Source: Bdellovibrionales bacterium (lineage in GTDB: Bacteria; Bdellovibrionota; Bdellovibrionia; Bdellovibrionales; UBA1609). Taken from it: a DNA stretch of 32,000 bases. The stretch's first letter is position 1. The number at the start of each line of letters is the position of its first letter. The DNA lies in NCBI GenBank assembly GCA_963692945.1, contig OY843585.1:90001-122000 (forward strand), written 5' to 3'. The position numbers and the translations under genes were made by a program. This document shows positions 24,810 through 32,000 of this stretch, in pieces. A model generated the notes under the pieces. That model ran no database searches. It was not told the origin of the DNA and saw only the letters and a program-made list of their open reading frames with translations.

Positions 24810-25868
24810 ATGTCTGCAAGAAGATTACTATTTGGTCTTTTAGGTTTTTCAAATCTAGCTGTTTTGAGTCTGGTGTTTGGAACTTATTTTCAAAACACCT
24901 CTCAAACTTTTATGTATTCAACGGAAGAAATAGGAACAAAAGAGTCTGTCATAAAAGAAAAAATCAAAAAGCAATGTGGTGAAGAACTTGATAGAGTTAT
25001 TAACGGAACCAGCTCCTCATCCATTTGTCATATCAGTATGAAAGGTAGAGAAGAAAATTCTAATTACATGTTAAAAACAAGAGTTATTATTCAGAAAACC
25101 ACTGAAGGTTTCGCCATTGAAGCAACAGGAAAAATGACAGATAAAACTCGCTATGCAACGGAAGCTGATTTTTGTAATGAATGTAAAGAAGAAACCCAAG
25201 TAACAGCATCCGACAGCAATGCTATTTATGGACAAATTTTTGATATAGCTAAAGAGATCGATCACAAAGCAGCAGCCTCCGTTGTAAATGCTAAAGAAAT
25301 CTATCGTAAAAAAGATCTAGAAAAACGTAAAGCCCTTATGAAACAAAAAAAATGTAAGGGTAAATGGGATGAAGAAGAGGAAGAATTTATAGAATATGAT
25401 ACAGAAGAAATTTTAGATTGCAAATTATCTAGATTAGACAACAAAGACTTTTTTCAAAAAGAAAAGTATTACAATGAAACTTTAAAAAAAGAACTTTGGG
25501 AGTTAGCACTTTCTGATGATTATGACTTATTGGATACATCTACCTTAAAAAAATTGAGAGAACGTCATTTTAGAAATAATCTGTCTGTTCAACATTCAAC
25601 AAGAACTATTGATCATTACTTAGATTGGAAAATGGAATATGAAGATGAAAGTTTATCTCCTGGCGTTGAATTGAAACTTAAAAACTTGATACAAGAGCTT
25701 CAAAACTTAAAAAGTATTGATAAAAATCTTAATATAGACTTCAATTACTTAACAAGTAAGCACCCAACAATAGCTACAGATTCTATTTATTCACCTATTG
25801 GCAACTCTACAAATGCAATTCCTTTAAATCCAACAGGTTTAAAAAATCAAGTTAATGATTTATATTAA
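24810..25868 (+). CDS. Membrane-anchored hypothetical protein (Cys-containing, charged/coiled-coil-rich)
   Basis: The track ORF starts at a TTG at 24786. The ATG at 24810 gives MSARRLLFGLLGFSNLAVLSLVFG (a signal anchor). I recognise no family. It lies about 40 nt downstream of kamA on the same strand. Confidence 0.5.
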   Translation: MSARRLLFGLLGFSNLAVLSLVFGTYFQNTSQTFMYSTEEIGTKESVIKEKIKKQCGEELDRVINGTSSSSICHISMKGREENSNYMLKTRVIIQKTTEGFAIEATGKMTDKTRYATEADFCNECKEETQVTASDSNAIYGQIFDIAKEIDHKAAASVVNAKEIYRKKDLEKRKALMKQKKCKGKWDEEEEEFIEYDTEEILDCKLSRLDNKDFFQKEKYYNETLKKELWELALSDDYDLLDTSTLKKLRERHFRNNLSVQHSTRTIDHYLDWKMEYEDESLSPGVELKLKNLIQELQNLKSIDKNLNIDFNYLTSKHPTIATDSIYSPIGNSTNAIPLNPTGLKNQVNDLY

Positions 25869-25874
25869 AGACAG

Positions 25875-25963
25875 AAAAAAGGTGGCCGCCGAAACTTGTT
25901 TTCAAAGATGAAGTTCAAGTTGTTACCCAATGTAGATGCCCAAGTTAGAAGGTAACGGCGGCC
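25875..25963 (-). terminator. GC-clamped branched RNA structure with trailing U-run (terminator-like) at the 3' end of the OMP gene
   Basis: GGCCGCCG (25884-25891) is the perfect complement of CGGCGGCC (25956-25963). These arms enclose two sub-hairpins: AACTTG/CAAGTT with an inner TTCA/TGAA, and GTTACC/GGTAAC. On the minus strand the clamp is followed by ACC-TTTTTT. Confidence 0.4.
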
Positions 25964-27171
25964 TGAGCTAAGAAACCATAAATATAATTTTTTTCCAAAA
26001 CACGAAGAACACCACCTTGAATTAAAACAGAGAAGTTTTCTTCCAATTTATAGTGAGCTTGTAGGTCCAATTCATAACGTAATTTTTCGTCAGACAATTT
26101 GTAATCTAAAGAAACAATAGGAGTGATTTTTAAAGTATCCTGCAAAAAATGAAATGAAATACGAGGAGACAAATAAGCCACATCATGTATACGCCCTTCA
26201 GCTATAGCAAGTTCATCATCATCAGACAACTGAGTTTTCTTTGTCTCTCTTAGATTTATAACACGATTACCTAACAACAAAGCCACATTATAATTAGGAT
26301 GAATACGAAACCATTCAGAAGCATAACCACCTTTTAACTCAAACCTTGGAGACAATCGGATTGGTAAATCTATACCTCCTTCAAAAACAACAGCTAATTC
26401 TTCATTATCTTTATCCTCATTATCTGCAAAAAAGTAGCTGACAGATAATTTCGTATCTACAGAGCCTTCTTTGTAAGTTCCAAAAGCTTCTATAAAAGAT
26501 TCTTCTTCTGTAAGGTTATATTGAACAAGAGCCTCCACATTCCATTTATCTCCTTGCATACCTATTTGATTGATAGATATAGTCTCTCCATCATCAAGGA
26601 AAACAGAGGGTTGTAAATAAAAGTGCGAGTATTCAAAGTAAAGAGCCATCTGATTGAAAGTTGAAATCCAATGGTCAAAAGGACTCGTTTCCGCTGAATA
26701 AGTAACACCTAAACCAAAATGATAAGGTGCTTTTCCTAATTTCAGTTTAAAAAATTCTGTTTTATAGGTTACATAAATTTGAGAAAGATTAAGAAATAGA
26801 AGATTGGACTCTTCTGTTGATTTGGAAGACTCTATGCTATTTAAAAAAACAACACCTGTTTGTCGTCTGTTGCTTGAAGAATAAACAGAGGGTGAAAAAG
26901 GATGTAAATCTAAACGACTAAAAACACTTAAGCCATCAATCACTCGAATCTCTGGCTTTAACACCAAATGAAAGTTCCCATAATAAAATTTTTCCGGATT
27001 AACTCCATAATGAACTTCTGTTTTGCTAAGCGTTTTATCCCTGATGATAGGTCTGGAGTTTTCATAATAAACTTCTGTTCTGGAAAACCCTTTCCAATCC
27101 AAAGTGAGAGACCAAGCTGGCTGGGCTATAAATAAAAACACAAAAAGAAAATATAATTTTTTGGACATCAT
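25945..27171 (-). CDS. Outer-membrane beta-barrel protein (family not recognised)
   Basis: The track ORF extends to 27216. The ATGATG at 27166-27171 gives MMSKKLYFLFVFLFIAQPAWS, a signal peptide. The protein shows alternating hydrophobic beta-strand patterns throughout and a C-terminal ...AAVTF, matching the terminal-Phe signature of OMPs. Confidence 0.55.
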   Translation of the reverse strand: MMSKKLYFLFVFLFIAQPAWSLTLDWKGFSRTEVYYENSRPIIRDKTLSKTEVHYGVNPEKFYYGNFHLVLKPEIRVIDGLSVFSRLDLHPFSPSVYSSSNRRQTGVVFLNSIESSKSTEESNLLFLNLSQIYVTYKTEFFKLKLGKAPYHFGLGVTYSAETSPFDHWISTFNQMALYFEYSHFYLQPSVFLDDGETISINQIGMQGDKWNVEALVQYNLTEEESFIEAFGTYKEGSVDTKLSVSYFFADNEDKDNEELAVVFEGGIDLPIRLSPRFELKGGYASEWFRIHPNYNVALLLGNRVINLRETKKTQLSDDDELAIAEGRIHDVAYLSPRISFHFLQDTLKITPIVSLDYKLSDEKLRYELDLQAHYKLEENFSVLIQGGVLRVLEKNYIYGFLAQAAVTF

Positions 27172-27213
27172 CAAAATCAACTTAATAAATGGAAAAAAAA
27201 TCGTCAAGAAAAA

Positions 27214-27236
27214 CATATGTTGCCATATGTTACCAT
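27214..27236. repeat. Tandem decamer CATATGTT(G/A)C x2 followed by CAT, upstream of the OMP gene
   Basis: Read directly from the sequence: catatgttgc catatgttac cat. The two palindromic CATATG cores lie exactly 10 bp apart. On the minus strand they sit immediately upstream of a TTGACG -35-like hexamer (27202-27207), followed by a 17-nt spacer and TAAGTT (27179-27184). Confidence 0.6.
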
Positions 27237-27300
27237 TGATTTTAAATAGAAATCTCTAAATAATGAGACAAAAAGTTTTCCACAATTTTAATTTCTGAAT

Positions 27301-27591
27301 TTAGTATTTTTTTACAAAAAGAGAGCTTTTCTTTTTAAAAGCTTCTTCTAAATATTGACTGTAAAGAACATCCCACTCTGAAGAACCAACTAAAATACCC
27401 CTTTTAATAGATTGAAGTTTTGAAACGATTTCTCTATCTAAATCTTTCCATTCCCTAACAAATTGATTAACGGCTATTTTTACTTTTTGAAATAACACAT
27501 CCCTAGAAGTGGCTGTGACAAATTTGTTTTTTAAAAAATCTTCTACAATAATATAAACCAAAGAGTCTTGGCGATCTTCCGATAAATTCAT
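27301..27591 (-). CDS. DUF507-family protein
   Basis: The pattern MNLSEDRQDSLVYIIVEDF, REWKDLDREIVSKLQSIKRGILVGSSEWDVLYSQYLEE matches my recollection of the DUF507 consensus: LSE..., then an acidic helix, then ...G S.EWD.LY..Y.EE. Confidence 0.65.
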   Translation of the reverse strand: MNLSEDRQDSLVYIIVEDFLKNKFVTATSRDVLFQKVKIAVNQFVREWKDLDREIVSKLQSIKRGILVGSSEWDVLYSQYLEEAFKKKSSLFVKKY

Positions 27592-27863
27592 AATATAAAT
27601 CCTTTTTTCTTAGCCAATTGCCTTTTAAGTTCAGGATACATTTTATGACGCTCAAAAGAATGGCCTTGTTGTTCTAAGTCCTCCATCATTTTATACACTT
27701 CCTCATCCAACTCTTTCTCTTTTTTAAAGTTGTCTTGGATAAGGCTACGGATACGATCTCTAATAGATTCCGGCTTTTGATGGAGTTTAATATTATAATC
27801 TCCTTGAATCTGTTTAAGAACCAATTCTGAAATCCGAAGACTAAATAACTCATTCCATTTCAT
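27588..27863 (-). CDS. DUF507-family protein (second, divergent copy)
   Basis: It has the same size and layout: ISELVLKQI, KKEKELDEEVYKMMEDLEQQGHSFERHKMY and LKRQLAKKKG. Its stop overlaps the downstream start as ATGA (27588-27591). Confidence 0.6.
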   Translation of the reverse strand: MKWNELFSLRISELVLKQIQGDYNIKLHQKPESIRDRIRSLIQDNFKKEKELDEEVYKMMEDLEQQGHSFERHKMYPELKRQLAKKKGFIL

Positions 27864-27986
27864 ATTTCAACTATCATTAAAACTAACTAACTTTGTCAAC
27901 GAATAAGCCTGTGGAAAATATTGTGTAAATCAAATTACTTAAAAAAAATTTACATAATCTTAATAAAACTTTGTATCGTATTTTCT

Positions 27987-28520
27987 ATGCCAGCAACTAT
28001 ACAAGCATACACTAAAAAAACTCTTTCTAAGGCTCTCTCTTGGCTAGAACAGCAACCAAAGGATGGGGCAACGGCTACAGATACTATTAATGCTGATACG
28101 GCTGTTTGTCTTTATTTAAAAGCTCAAAATGAAGAAAAAGAGAGGAAAAATAAGCTTTTTGTTAAAGAACTCAAAAAATACTGTACCAACAATACCACTG
28201 TTGCAGAGGAATCTCTAAAAGATCCTTCTCATCCTAAAGACCATTCTACTACAAATGAAGATCCACTTATAAAAGAAGACCATTCTACTACAAATGAAGA
28301 TCCACTGATAAAAGAAGACTTTCCTGAACAAGATAATTCATCGCCCCTCGCAAAGCCTTTGAACCTCAATGAAGAAATTGATTTTTCTGTATTGGATTTA
28401 AAAAGCAAAGATCTGATTGAAAAAACAAGGAAAGGTCTTAACCTTAGTAACTCTGAAGAATCTTTACGGATACTCATACAAATAGGTTATAAATCTTTAA
28501 AGCCCCTATTAAACTCCTAA
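27987..28520 (+). CDS. Acidic hypothetical protein containing a 13-aa tandem duplication
   Basis: The track ORF starts at a TTG at 27921. The first ATG is at 27987, and the start choice is uncertain. The repeat is DHSTTNEDPLIKE x2. I recognise no family. Confidence 0.45.
   Translation: MPATIQAYTKKTLSKALSWLEQQPKDGATATDTINADTAVCLYLKAQNEEKERKNKLFVKELKKYCTNNTTVAEESLKDPSHPKDHSTTNEDPLIKEDHSTTNEDPLIKEDFPEQDNSSPLAKPLNLNEEIDFSVLDLKSKDLIEKTRKGLNLSNSEESLRILIQIGYKSLKPLLNS
28239..28316 (+). repeat. 39-bp in-frame tandem repeat, two copies with one mismatch
   Basis: gaccattctactacaaatgaagatccact(t/g)ataaaagaa occupies 28239-28277 and 28278-28316. The next 3 nt (gac) begin a third unit. Confidence 0.9.
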
Positions 28521-28556
28521 TTCTTTGACGAATAGATAAAAGCAAAAAACCTTTTA

Positions 28557-28585
28557 TTGACCTCAGCTTTATTTTTTAGGATTAT
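28557..28585 (+). promoter_or_regulatory. Candidate sigma70-type promoter for ileS
   Basis: TTGACC (28557-28562) is followed by a 17-nt spacer and GATTAT (28580-28585), about 25 nt upstream of the ileS ATG. Confidence 0.4.
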
Positions 28586-28609
28586 TCTTCCAATAACTTT
28601 CTTAAAATT

Positions 28610-31363
28610 ATGGATAAATCTGATCATTTTCGTAAAACCCTACAACTCCCTAGAACTTCTTTTCCAATGAAAGCTCGGCTTCAAGAAAAAGAGCCAGAAA
28701 TTATTAAAAGTTGGAAAGACAATCAAATTCACAAAAAAATGATAGAGAAAAGAAAAAAATCCCCTATCTTTTTTCTACAAGATGGCCCTCCTTATGCAAA
28801 TGGGAAAATTCACTTAGGGCATGTCTTAAATAAAATTTTAAAGGATATCGTAACAAAATATAAAAATCTTTCTGGTTTTCAAGCTCCTTTTATTCCCACT
28901 TGGGATTGTCATGGATTGCCTATTGAATTGAGTGCTATTAAAAAATTAGACTCTAAACAAAAAGATTTATCTCCTTCCCTCCTCAGACAAAAATGCCGCA
29001 GTGAAGCTTCCCATTGGATAAAAGTACAACAAGAAAGTTTTGAAAGACTTGGTATTGTAGCCGATTGGAATCATCGTGTGTTGACCATGGACTCCTCTTA
29101 CGAAGCCGAAGAAGTTAGAACTCTAGCTCGTATTTCTGAAAAAGGTCTTCTTTATAGAGGAACAAAACCTGTTTTTTGGTGTTTCAAACTACAAACCGCT
29201 CTTGCCTTTTCTGAAGCCGTCTATCAAGACCATAAAAGCCCATCCATTTATGTTAAATTTAATCTGGATACAAGCTCTCAAAAAACTTTACACTCTAAAA
29301 AACCGACCTCCATTGTTATCTGGACAACAACACCCTGGACACTTCCTGCCAATTCAGCTATTGCTGTACATCCTGATTTTGATTATGGACTTTATGAAGA
29401 TGAAAAAGAAACTTATATTATAGCTACAGAACTTGAGAAATCCTTTATCAAAGAAACTCATTGTAAACCACTTACAAAAATAAAAACTTTTAAAGGGAAA
29501 GACCTGGAAGGTTTATCTACAAATCACCCTTTTTTAGATAGAAAATCTCCTTTGGTTCTAGGAGATCATGTCACTTTAGAAGCAGGAACTGGATGCGTCC
29601 ATACAGCCCCAGGACACGGGTTAGAAGATTATCTCATTGGAAAAAAATACAAACTCAAGGAGTATTGCCCTGTTGATGTAAAAGGTCATTTTACACAGGA
29701 ACTCCCTGATGACTTAAAAGGACTTTTTATTTTTAAAGGAAATAAAGTTATTATAGAAAAATTAGAAAAGTCAGGACACCTTATAGCTGTAAAAGAAGTT
29801 CAACACAGCTACCCTTACAATCCACGCTCTCGTTCTCCTCTTATTTATCGCCTCACTCCTCAATGGTTTTTAGCTTTAGATCAAAAGTCTAAAAACATTC
29901 GCTCTCAAGCTATAAAAGCGAGCGATCATTCTATACAGTTTATTCCTGATTGGGGTAAAAACCGATTGGATGGAATGTTAAAAAACAGTCCTGATTGGTG
30001 CTTAACTCGGCAAAGAGTTTGGGGGGTTCCTTTTGTGGTTTTCTATTGTAAAAATTGCTCCACTCCTCTTTTAAATTCAAAAATCACTCATAACATTGCT
30101 GATAAAATGGAGGAAAGCAAAGAAGGGATTGAATACTACTTCTCCAAAAAAGTTACTGAACTTCTCCCAAAAAATACAAAATGTGAATCTTGTAATGGAA
30201 CAGATTTCAATAAAGGTTACGATATTCTAGATGTCTGGTTTGATAGTGGGATTCAACATGCTGTTTTCAAAAAAAATAAAAATTATAAATTACCATTTCC
30301 TTCTGATTTATTTTTAGAAGGAAGTGACCAACATCGTGGATGGTTTCAAACAAGTCTCATTTCTTCTTTAGCCGTTGACGAAACCATCCCCTTTAAAACT
30401 CTTTTAACTCATGGATTTGTTAATGATAAAGACGGGAAAAAAATGAGCAAAAGCAAAGGAAACGTTTTAGATCCTTTTGAAGTTATCAAGCAAAGTGGTG
30501 CCGAAATTCTAAGACTATGGGTTTCCAGTGAAAACTACAACCATGACATCAATGCCGGGAAACACAGTTTAGAAAGAGTTACAGAAACCTATAGAAGATT
30601 TAGAAATACTATTAGATTTTTACTTGGAAACTTGAATAACTTTGATTTTAATAAAGAGGAACAAAATTATAAAAATTTAACTTTAACAGATAAATGGACT
30701 CTTTCCCAACTCAACCATTTAATTGCAAATTGCACAGAAGCTTTTGAGTGTTTTACTTTTTATAAGGCCTATCATCATTTGAATCAATTTTTTACAGTCA
30801 CGCTTTCAGCCTTTTATTTAGATATCATCAAAGATCGCCTTTACACCTTTGGAGAAAATAGCCCAGAGAGGAAATCAGCTCAAACAGTCCTCTATCACCT
30901 TTTAGATTGCCTTCTTCCTCTTATGGCTCCCCTATCCAGTTTCCTTTGTGAGGAAGCTTATGGATATTTTTCAGGGAAAAAAGAAGAGAGTGTTTTACTA
31001 GAAAACTTCCCTAAAATAAATGAGAACTGGAAAAACTCAGAAGTTGAAAATCTTTTCAAAAAATTATTTGTGTTGAGAGAAGACCTTAATAAACAAATAG
31101 AGTCTTTTAGAAAAGAGGGGAAATTAGGGTCTAACCTAGAAGCTTGTGCTGTCTTACAACTTCCAAAAAATTTCCTCGTCCCTCAGATGAAAGAACAAGA
31201 ACTTCTAGAATTTTTCTCAGTTTCAAATGTTAAAATGGTAGAAGGTAAAGAACCCTCAGTGAAAGCTCATTTAGCAAAAGGAGAAAAATGCTTGCGATGT
31301 TGGTTTTACAGTGAATCTCTCAACTCTGATAAAATATGTGCCAAATGCCGTAAAAATCTTTAA
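28610..31363 (+). CDS. ileS: Isoleucine-tRNA ligase
   Basis: The protein has PPYANGKIHLGH (HIGH), KMSKSKGN (KMSKS), a CP1 editing-domain region (TTTPWTLPAN) and a C-terminal Cys cluster (CLRCW...CAKC). The length is 917 aa. Confidence 0.97.
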   Translation: MDKSDHFRKTLQLPRTSFPMKARLQEKEPEIIKSWKDNQIHKKMIEKRKKSPIFFLQDGPPYANGKIHLGHVLNKILKDIVTKYKNLSGFQAPFIPTWDCHGLPIELSAIKKLDSKQKDLSPSLLRQKCRSEASHWIKVQQESFERLGIVADWNHRVLTMDSSYEAEEVRTLARISEKGLLYRGTKPVFWCFKLQTALAFSEAVYQDHKSPSIYVKFNLDTSSQKTLHSKKPTSIVIWTTTPWTLPANSAIAVHPDFDYGLYEDEKETYIIATELEKSFIKETHCKPLTKIKTFKGKDLEGLSTNHPFLDRKSPLVLGDHVTLEAGTGCVHTAPGHGLEDYLIGKKYKLKEYCPVDVKGHFTQELPDDLKGLFIFKGNKVIIEKLEKSGHLIAVKEVQHSYPYNPRSRSPLIYRLTPQWFLALDQKSKNIRSQAIKASDHSIQFIPDWGKNRLDGMLKNSPDWCLTRQRVWGVPFVVFYCKNCSTPLLNSKITHNIADKMEESKEGIEYYFSKKVTELLPKNTKCESCNGTDFNKGYDILDVWFDSGIQHAVFKKNKNYKLPFPSDLFLEGSDQHRGWFQTSLISSLAVDETIPFKTLLTHGFVNDKDGKKMSKSKGNVLDPFEVIKQSGAEILRLWVSSENYNHDINAGKHSLERVTETYRRFRNTIRFLLGNLNNFDFNKEEQNYKNLTLTDKWTLSQLNHLIANCTEAFECFTFYKAYHHLNQFFTVTLSAFYLDIIKDRLYTFGENSPERKSAQTVLYHLLDCLLPLMAPLSSFLCEEAYGYFSGKKEESVLLENFPKINENWKNSEVENLFKKLFVLREDLNKQIESFRKEGKLGSNLEACAVLQLPKNFLVPQMKEQELLEFFSVSNVKMVEGKEPSVKAHLAKGEKCLRCWFYSESLNSDKICAKCRKNL

Positions 31364-31393
31364 AATGTTAGAAATTTGGTATAAGGGTAAACT

Positions 31394-31888
31394 ATGAACT
31401 TTTATAAATACTTTTTAACAGCAACCATTTCTGGTTTCATAGTAAGCATTGACCAAGCGACAAAACTCTATGTTCATACTCAAATTAAGATGGGGGAACC
31501 TGTAACTGTTATCAAAGGTTTTTTTAATATCAACTATGTCCGTAATCCAGGAGGAATTTTTGGTCTATTTAGTGACAGTCCTGATTTCATCCGTTACATT
31601 CTCTTTCTTCTCTTTCCTCTTTTTTGTGTTTTCCTCATTTTTACTATGATTAGAGATACAAAAAATAAATTACAAATCACAGCTTTGGCTTTTATTTTAG
31701 GAGGTGCCGTAGGCAATTATATAGATCGTATTCGGTTTGGTTATGTTATTGATTTTATTGATTGGTATGTTAAGAGATTTCATTGGCCTACTTTTAACCT
31801 AGCCGACTCTTTTATTGTCCTAGGAGTTGCCATCCTTTCCGTTTTCTTTTTATTAGAAAAAAATCCTGAAAAAAATACAAAAAGTTAA
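31394..31888 (+). CDS. lspA: Lipoprotein signal peptidase II
   Basis: The protein has four TM segments and the motifs NYVRNPGGIFG, GGAVGNYIDR and FNLADSFI. The ileS-lspA linkage is conserved. Confidence 0.9.
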   Translation: MNFYKYFLTATISGFIVSIDQATKLYVHTQIKMGEPVTVIKGFFNINYVRNPGGIFGLFSDSPDFIRYILFLLFPLFCVFLIFTMIRDTKNKLQITALAFILGGAVGNYIDRIRFGYVIDFIDWYVKRFHWPTFNLADSFIVLGVAILSVFFLLEKNPEKNTKS

Positions 31889-31891
31889 TTT

Positions 31892-32000
31892 ATGAATTCA
31901 AAAATGAAACCATCTCAAACTATACGTCTTAATAAATATCTTGCTCAATGGGGAGGTGTTTCCAGAAGAAAAGCAGATCATTGTATTGAAAAAGGTGAGG
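31892..32000 (+). CDS. rRNA pseudouridine synthase, RsuA/RluB-type N-terminal S4 domain (N-terminal fragment, cut by window)
   Basis: Absent from the track because it runs off the window. My translation from the ATG at 31892 reads MNSKMKPSQTIRLNKYLAQWGGVSRRKADHCIEKGE, which matches the RLNKYLA..G..SRR.A...I..G S4 pattern. Confidence 0.65.
   Translation, partial: MNSKMKPSQTIRLNKYLAQWGGVSRRKADHCIEKGE

Noticed and set aside
25884-25963. Possible tRNA or tRNA-like gene, suggested by a 7-8 bp GC acceptor-like stem with ACC after it on the minus strand.
   Set aside because: The interior (66 nt) does not fold into D, anticodon and T arms of correct size and spacing. The only TTCAAGT T-loop-like heptamer is on the plus strand and in the wrong position for a T arm. 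One arm is OMP coding sequence. I kept the region only as a structured or terminator-like element.

Overview
This is a visibly AT-rich (about 30% G+C by eye), very gene-dense chromosomal segment from a diderm bacterium. I support 32 protein-coding genes, two of them cut by the window edges. I see no rRNA, tRNA, CRISPR array, transposase, integrase or phage genes. Most of the content is housekeeping. On the minus strand: pstS, a MazG-like gene, def-fmt-rpe, trpS plus a class II aldolase, and dprA. On the plus strand: the elongasome operon mreC-mreD-mrdA-rodA, kamA, and ileS-lspA followed by a pseudouridine synthase. The lineage-flavoured genes are a DUF507 pair, receiver-domain proteins with unusual outputs, VWA lipoproteins, and many lipobox proteins. 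Together with the low G+C they suggest a deltaproteobacterial-type or Bdellovibrionota/Oligoflexia-like organism, but that is a low-confidence guess. I cannot support a clear-cut new multi-gene system such as a defence island. The candidates most worth a second look are: (1) a translationally coupled pair of apparently degenerate enzymes, a NadC-fold protein without the catalytic residues followed by a short BirA-like ligase with an altered GRGRxGR loop; (2) a receiver / DUF4388-like / J-domain / TPR fusion protein; (3) an uncharacterised lipoprotein coupled by start/stop overlap to rodA, with TraB/GumN/TIKI-like motifs; (4) two paralogous VWA lipoproteins, one with an intact MIDAS motif and one without; (5) a GC-clamped branched RNA structure at the 3' end of an outer-membrane-protein gene; (6) the tandem DUF507 gene pair. 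All functional calls come from reading translated motifs by eye, with no database search.
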